Shown here: one piece after another, positions 61,917 to 64,000 of the stretch
Numbering within the stretch: position 1 is the stretch's first letter
How the letters are laid out: each line of letters begins with the position of its first letter
Assembly: GCA_964276515.1 (NCBI GenBank)
Contig: OZ193909.1
Span: 12,462,001-12,526,000 of the forward strand
DNA: 64,000 nt
From: Gordius albopunctatus
Lineage: Eukaryota
Reading direction: 5' to 3'
Made by a program: the position numbers and the translations under genes
The notes under the pieces: model-generated
Told to the model about the DNA's origin: nothing
The model's input: the letters and a program-made list of their open reading frames with translations, nothing else
Database searches by the model: none

Positions 61917-62272
61917 CAGAGGCCAGATTTGCCCGCCCGGCCCACGGGCCGGGCCGGTCAACTGTCATAAATTTTAACTTTCGGGCGGGCACCATAACAA
62001 GATTCGGGCGATTCGGGCTCAATTTTGTTTTTAAATAATGTATTATATTGTTTTTGTGTATATTTCGCCACTTTTTAATTGATTTCATAATGATAAAATT
62101 TTTAAAAAATATAACGATATTAGTGGCAAAAATTTTGAAACACACCATGTCGGTCCGGGCAGCTCCGATAATTCAGTCATTGCCGGGCGGACAAAGAAGG
62201 GTTTGGCCGGGCAGATTAATTATAAAATCGGGCCGGGTTCGGGCAGAAAAATTCTAACAAATCTGACCTCTG
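61917..62272. mobile_element. hAT-type MITE
   Basis: TIR CAGAGGCCAGATTTG / CAAATCTGACCTCTG; TSD ATACCTAT/ATACCTAC; CGGGC repeats. Confidence 0.88.
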
Positions 62273-63031
62273 ATACCTACACGATTTTTCTTTCCACGTT
62301 TTGATTATTTCCTCTCTAATTTTCTGAGGTGACGAGTTTTCGTTTTTACAAAGAAACGCTCCTTCTTTCTCCCTACTGTGCATGTAACTTTCTACTTATT
62401 ACGTAAGATTAACATTGCAACTCTTGAAGCTTAATTCGTATTTTTCCTATTTAGGTAGTTTTTGTCAAAAGTCTTGATTTTCTGTGGCTTAGGCAGAATT
62501 GCCTAGGGGGGGTCAATTTTTTTTTGAGAAATAACTATTTAAGAATAAGTTATGGAGATTATATAAATCAGTTGCGGATTGCCCAAAGGTCGGGGGCACG
62601 GTTAATTTTATGTCTCAGAAATTTCTATTATACAAAAATTAATTAAAATCTTATTGCATTCATTGCTATGGGATTTTAATAAAAAATGCATTAATATATT
62701 CATTTGGTTGTACTCAGAAAAAGCATTGATAATTAATTTAAATTTTGTGACCCGATTCCTTCTATAGTTTTCTCTCAAGGACGCAATTTGCAAAGTGCTC
62801 CTTTCAGTTTCTCTTGAATATTCCAATATGCATAGACTTATTAGGCTTGATTGACTATAATACTAAAATTTAAACCCGCGTCGGTTCCGTGAAGATTAAA
62901 TTATAGGTCCAGACCCCACCCGCTAATTTTTTGCAAAGCCCGGGCCCAGCCTGTACCTTTACGAAAAATGTTCTTTGATTTTGCTGCTTTTAAAATGCAT
63001 ATTTTCTTTGTCAATAATTTCTTTATTTATA

Positions 63032-64000
63032 TTCTTCTTTCTATGACTGTTTGTCACCTAAGCTGGTGGTCAGTCCTTTCAGCATTCGTTTCCATTTGTC
63101 TCTATATTTAATACATAGATCTTTCTTTATCTTGTTAACTTTCATATCGTGCCTTATTTTATGGATCCAGGTAAGCTTGGGTCTTCCTCTCCTTCGTTTT
63201 CCTGCGAAATTTATCTTTTAGATTTTATTTCCAACTAGCTATCGTCCCTTCTCTCGACATGGCCATACCATCTTAGTCTGTTTGTTAGGAGCTTTGCCGT
63301 AATTGATGTAATACCCAAAATTCTTATTTCTTCATTTCGTTTATGTTCCTTCTTACTCCTAACACCCATCTTACAATTCTCATCTCCATAGACGCAAGAC
63401 GCTGCTCTTCCCTTTTACGTATATCTCATTATTCCGAGCTATACAGGACTGTTTACTGTATGATGGATTTATACAATTCACCTTTTAGTCTTCTTGGGAT
63501 GTTTTTGTCACACAGAACGCCTGTTAAATCTTTCCATTTGAGCCATCCTGAATTAATCCCTGCTTGGATTTCTTTATCCATCTGACCATCCGATTGAAGT
63601 GTTGATCTTAAATATTTGAAGGAATCCACTCTTGTAAGTTGCCAATCGCCTAAAGTAAGGGATGCACATAGCTGATTTTCATCTAATTTAATCTTTCTCT
63701 GTAATCTGTTTTCTTTCGATTTACCCTGAGACCACTTTCTTCTATAGAATTTACATTTACCCATCTATTTACAGTATTAGCCAACTCTTGTTCACTTTTG
63801 GCACAGAGGATTATATTGTCCTCAAACATCATTGCCCAAGGAGCTTCCTCGCCCAAATCCTTGGTAATAATATCCATTATCATTATGAATAGGAACTAAG
63901 ACCTGAACCTTGATGGACTACAGTGTTAATGGTAAAGCCCTTTGTAGTCCCCTCCGTTGTTCTAACGTAGGTTCTATTTCCCTTGTACATATCTTTTATT
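63032..64000 (-). mobile_element. Decayed RTE LINE 3' half (another subfamily), runs off the window end
   Basis: Remnants HQGS, APWAMMFEDN (decayed FADD), FKYL.S.LQSDG, GWLKWKDLTGVLCDK, RLRWYGHV, RGRPK; short GAA tail. Confidence 0.85.

Noticed and set aside
11005..63585. Numerous 60-120-aa ORFs antisense to or overlapping genes and TEs, or in AT-rich DNA
   Set aside because: No recognisable motifs; explained as shadow frames or low-complexity chance ORFs.

Overview
AT-rich animal (invertebrate-like) nuclear DNA: spliceosomal genes interleaved with dense, mostly decayed transposons. The taxon cannot be fixed from sequence alone. Host genes: a minus-strand SoxE transcription factor over <1-19647 (four coding exons, two missed by the ORF track; introns of 7.6 kb, 83 nt and 10 kb), PHF5A (30519-31273), an apparently intronless INTS2 (40685-44080), a divergent casein kinase I gamma-like gene with a cysteine-rich tail exon (45666-48062), and a tightly packed TAF13-HscB pair with 36-38 nt introns (60256-61560). 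Mobile DNA: many hAT deletion derivatives and MITEs with 8-bp TSDs, several RTE LINE copies (one near full length with a 17-bp TSD) plus a 151-bp bipartite RTE derivative, a second RTE-like LINE, a CRE-type LINE fragment, piggyBac remnants, a Helitron-like insert and CsRn1-lineage Ty3/Gypsy elements. Most notable: an LTR-gag-pol element followed by an inverted copy of its own gag (possible hairpin-RNA locus with a sign of arm homogenisation); ~1.1-kb CpG-free blocks just downstream of the starts of INTS2 and PHF5A; the promoter-less, possibly overlapping TAF13/HscB junction; and a yeast Yck-like palmitoylation tail on the CK1. All coordinates and counts were read by eye.
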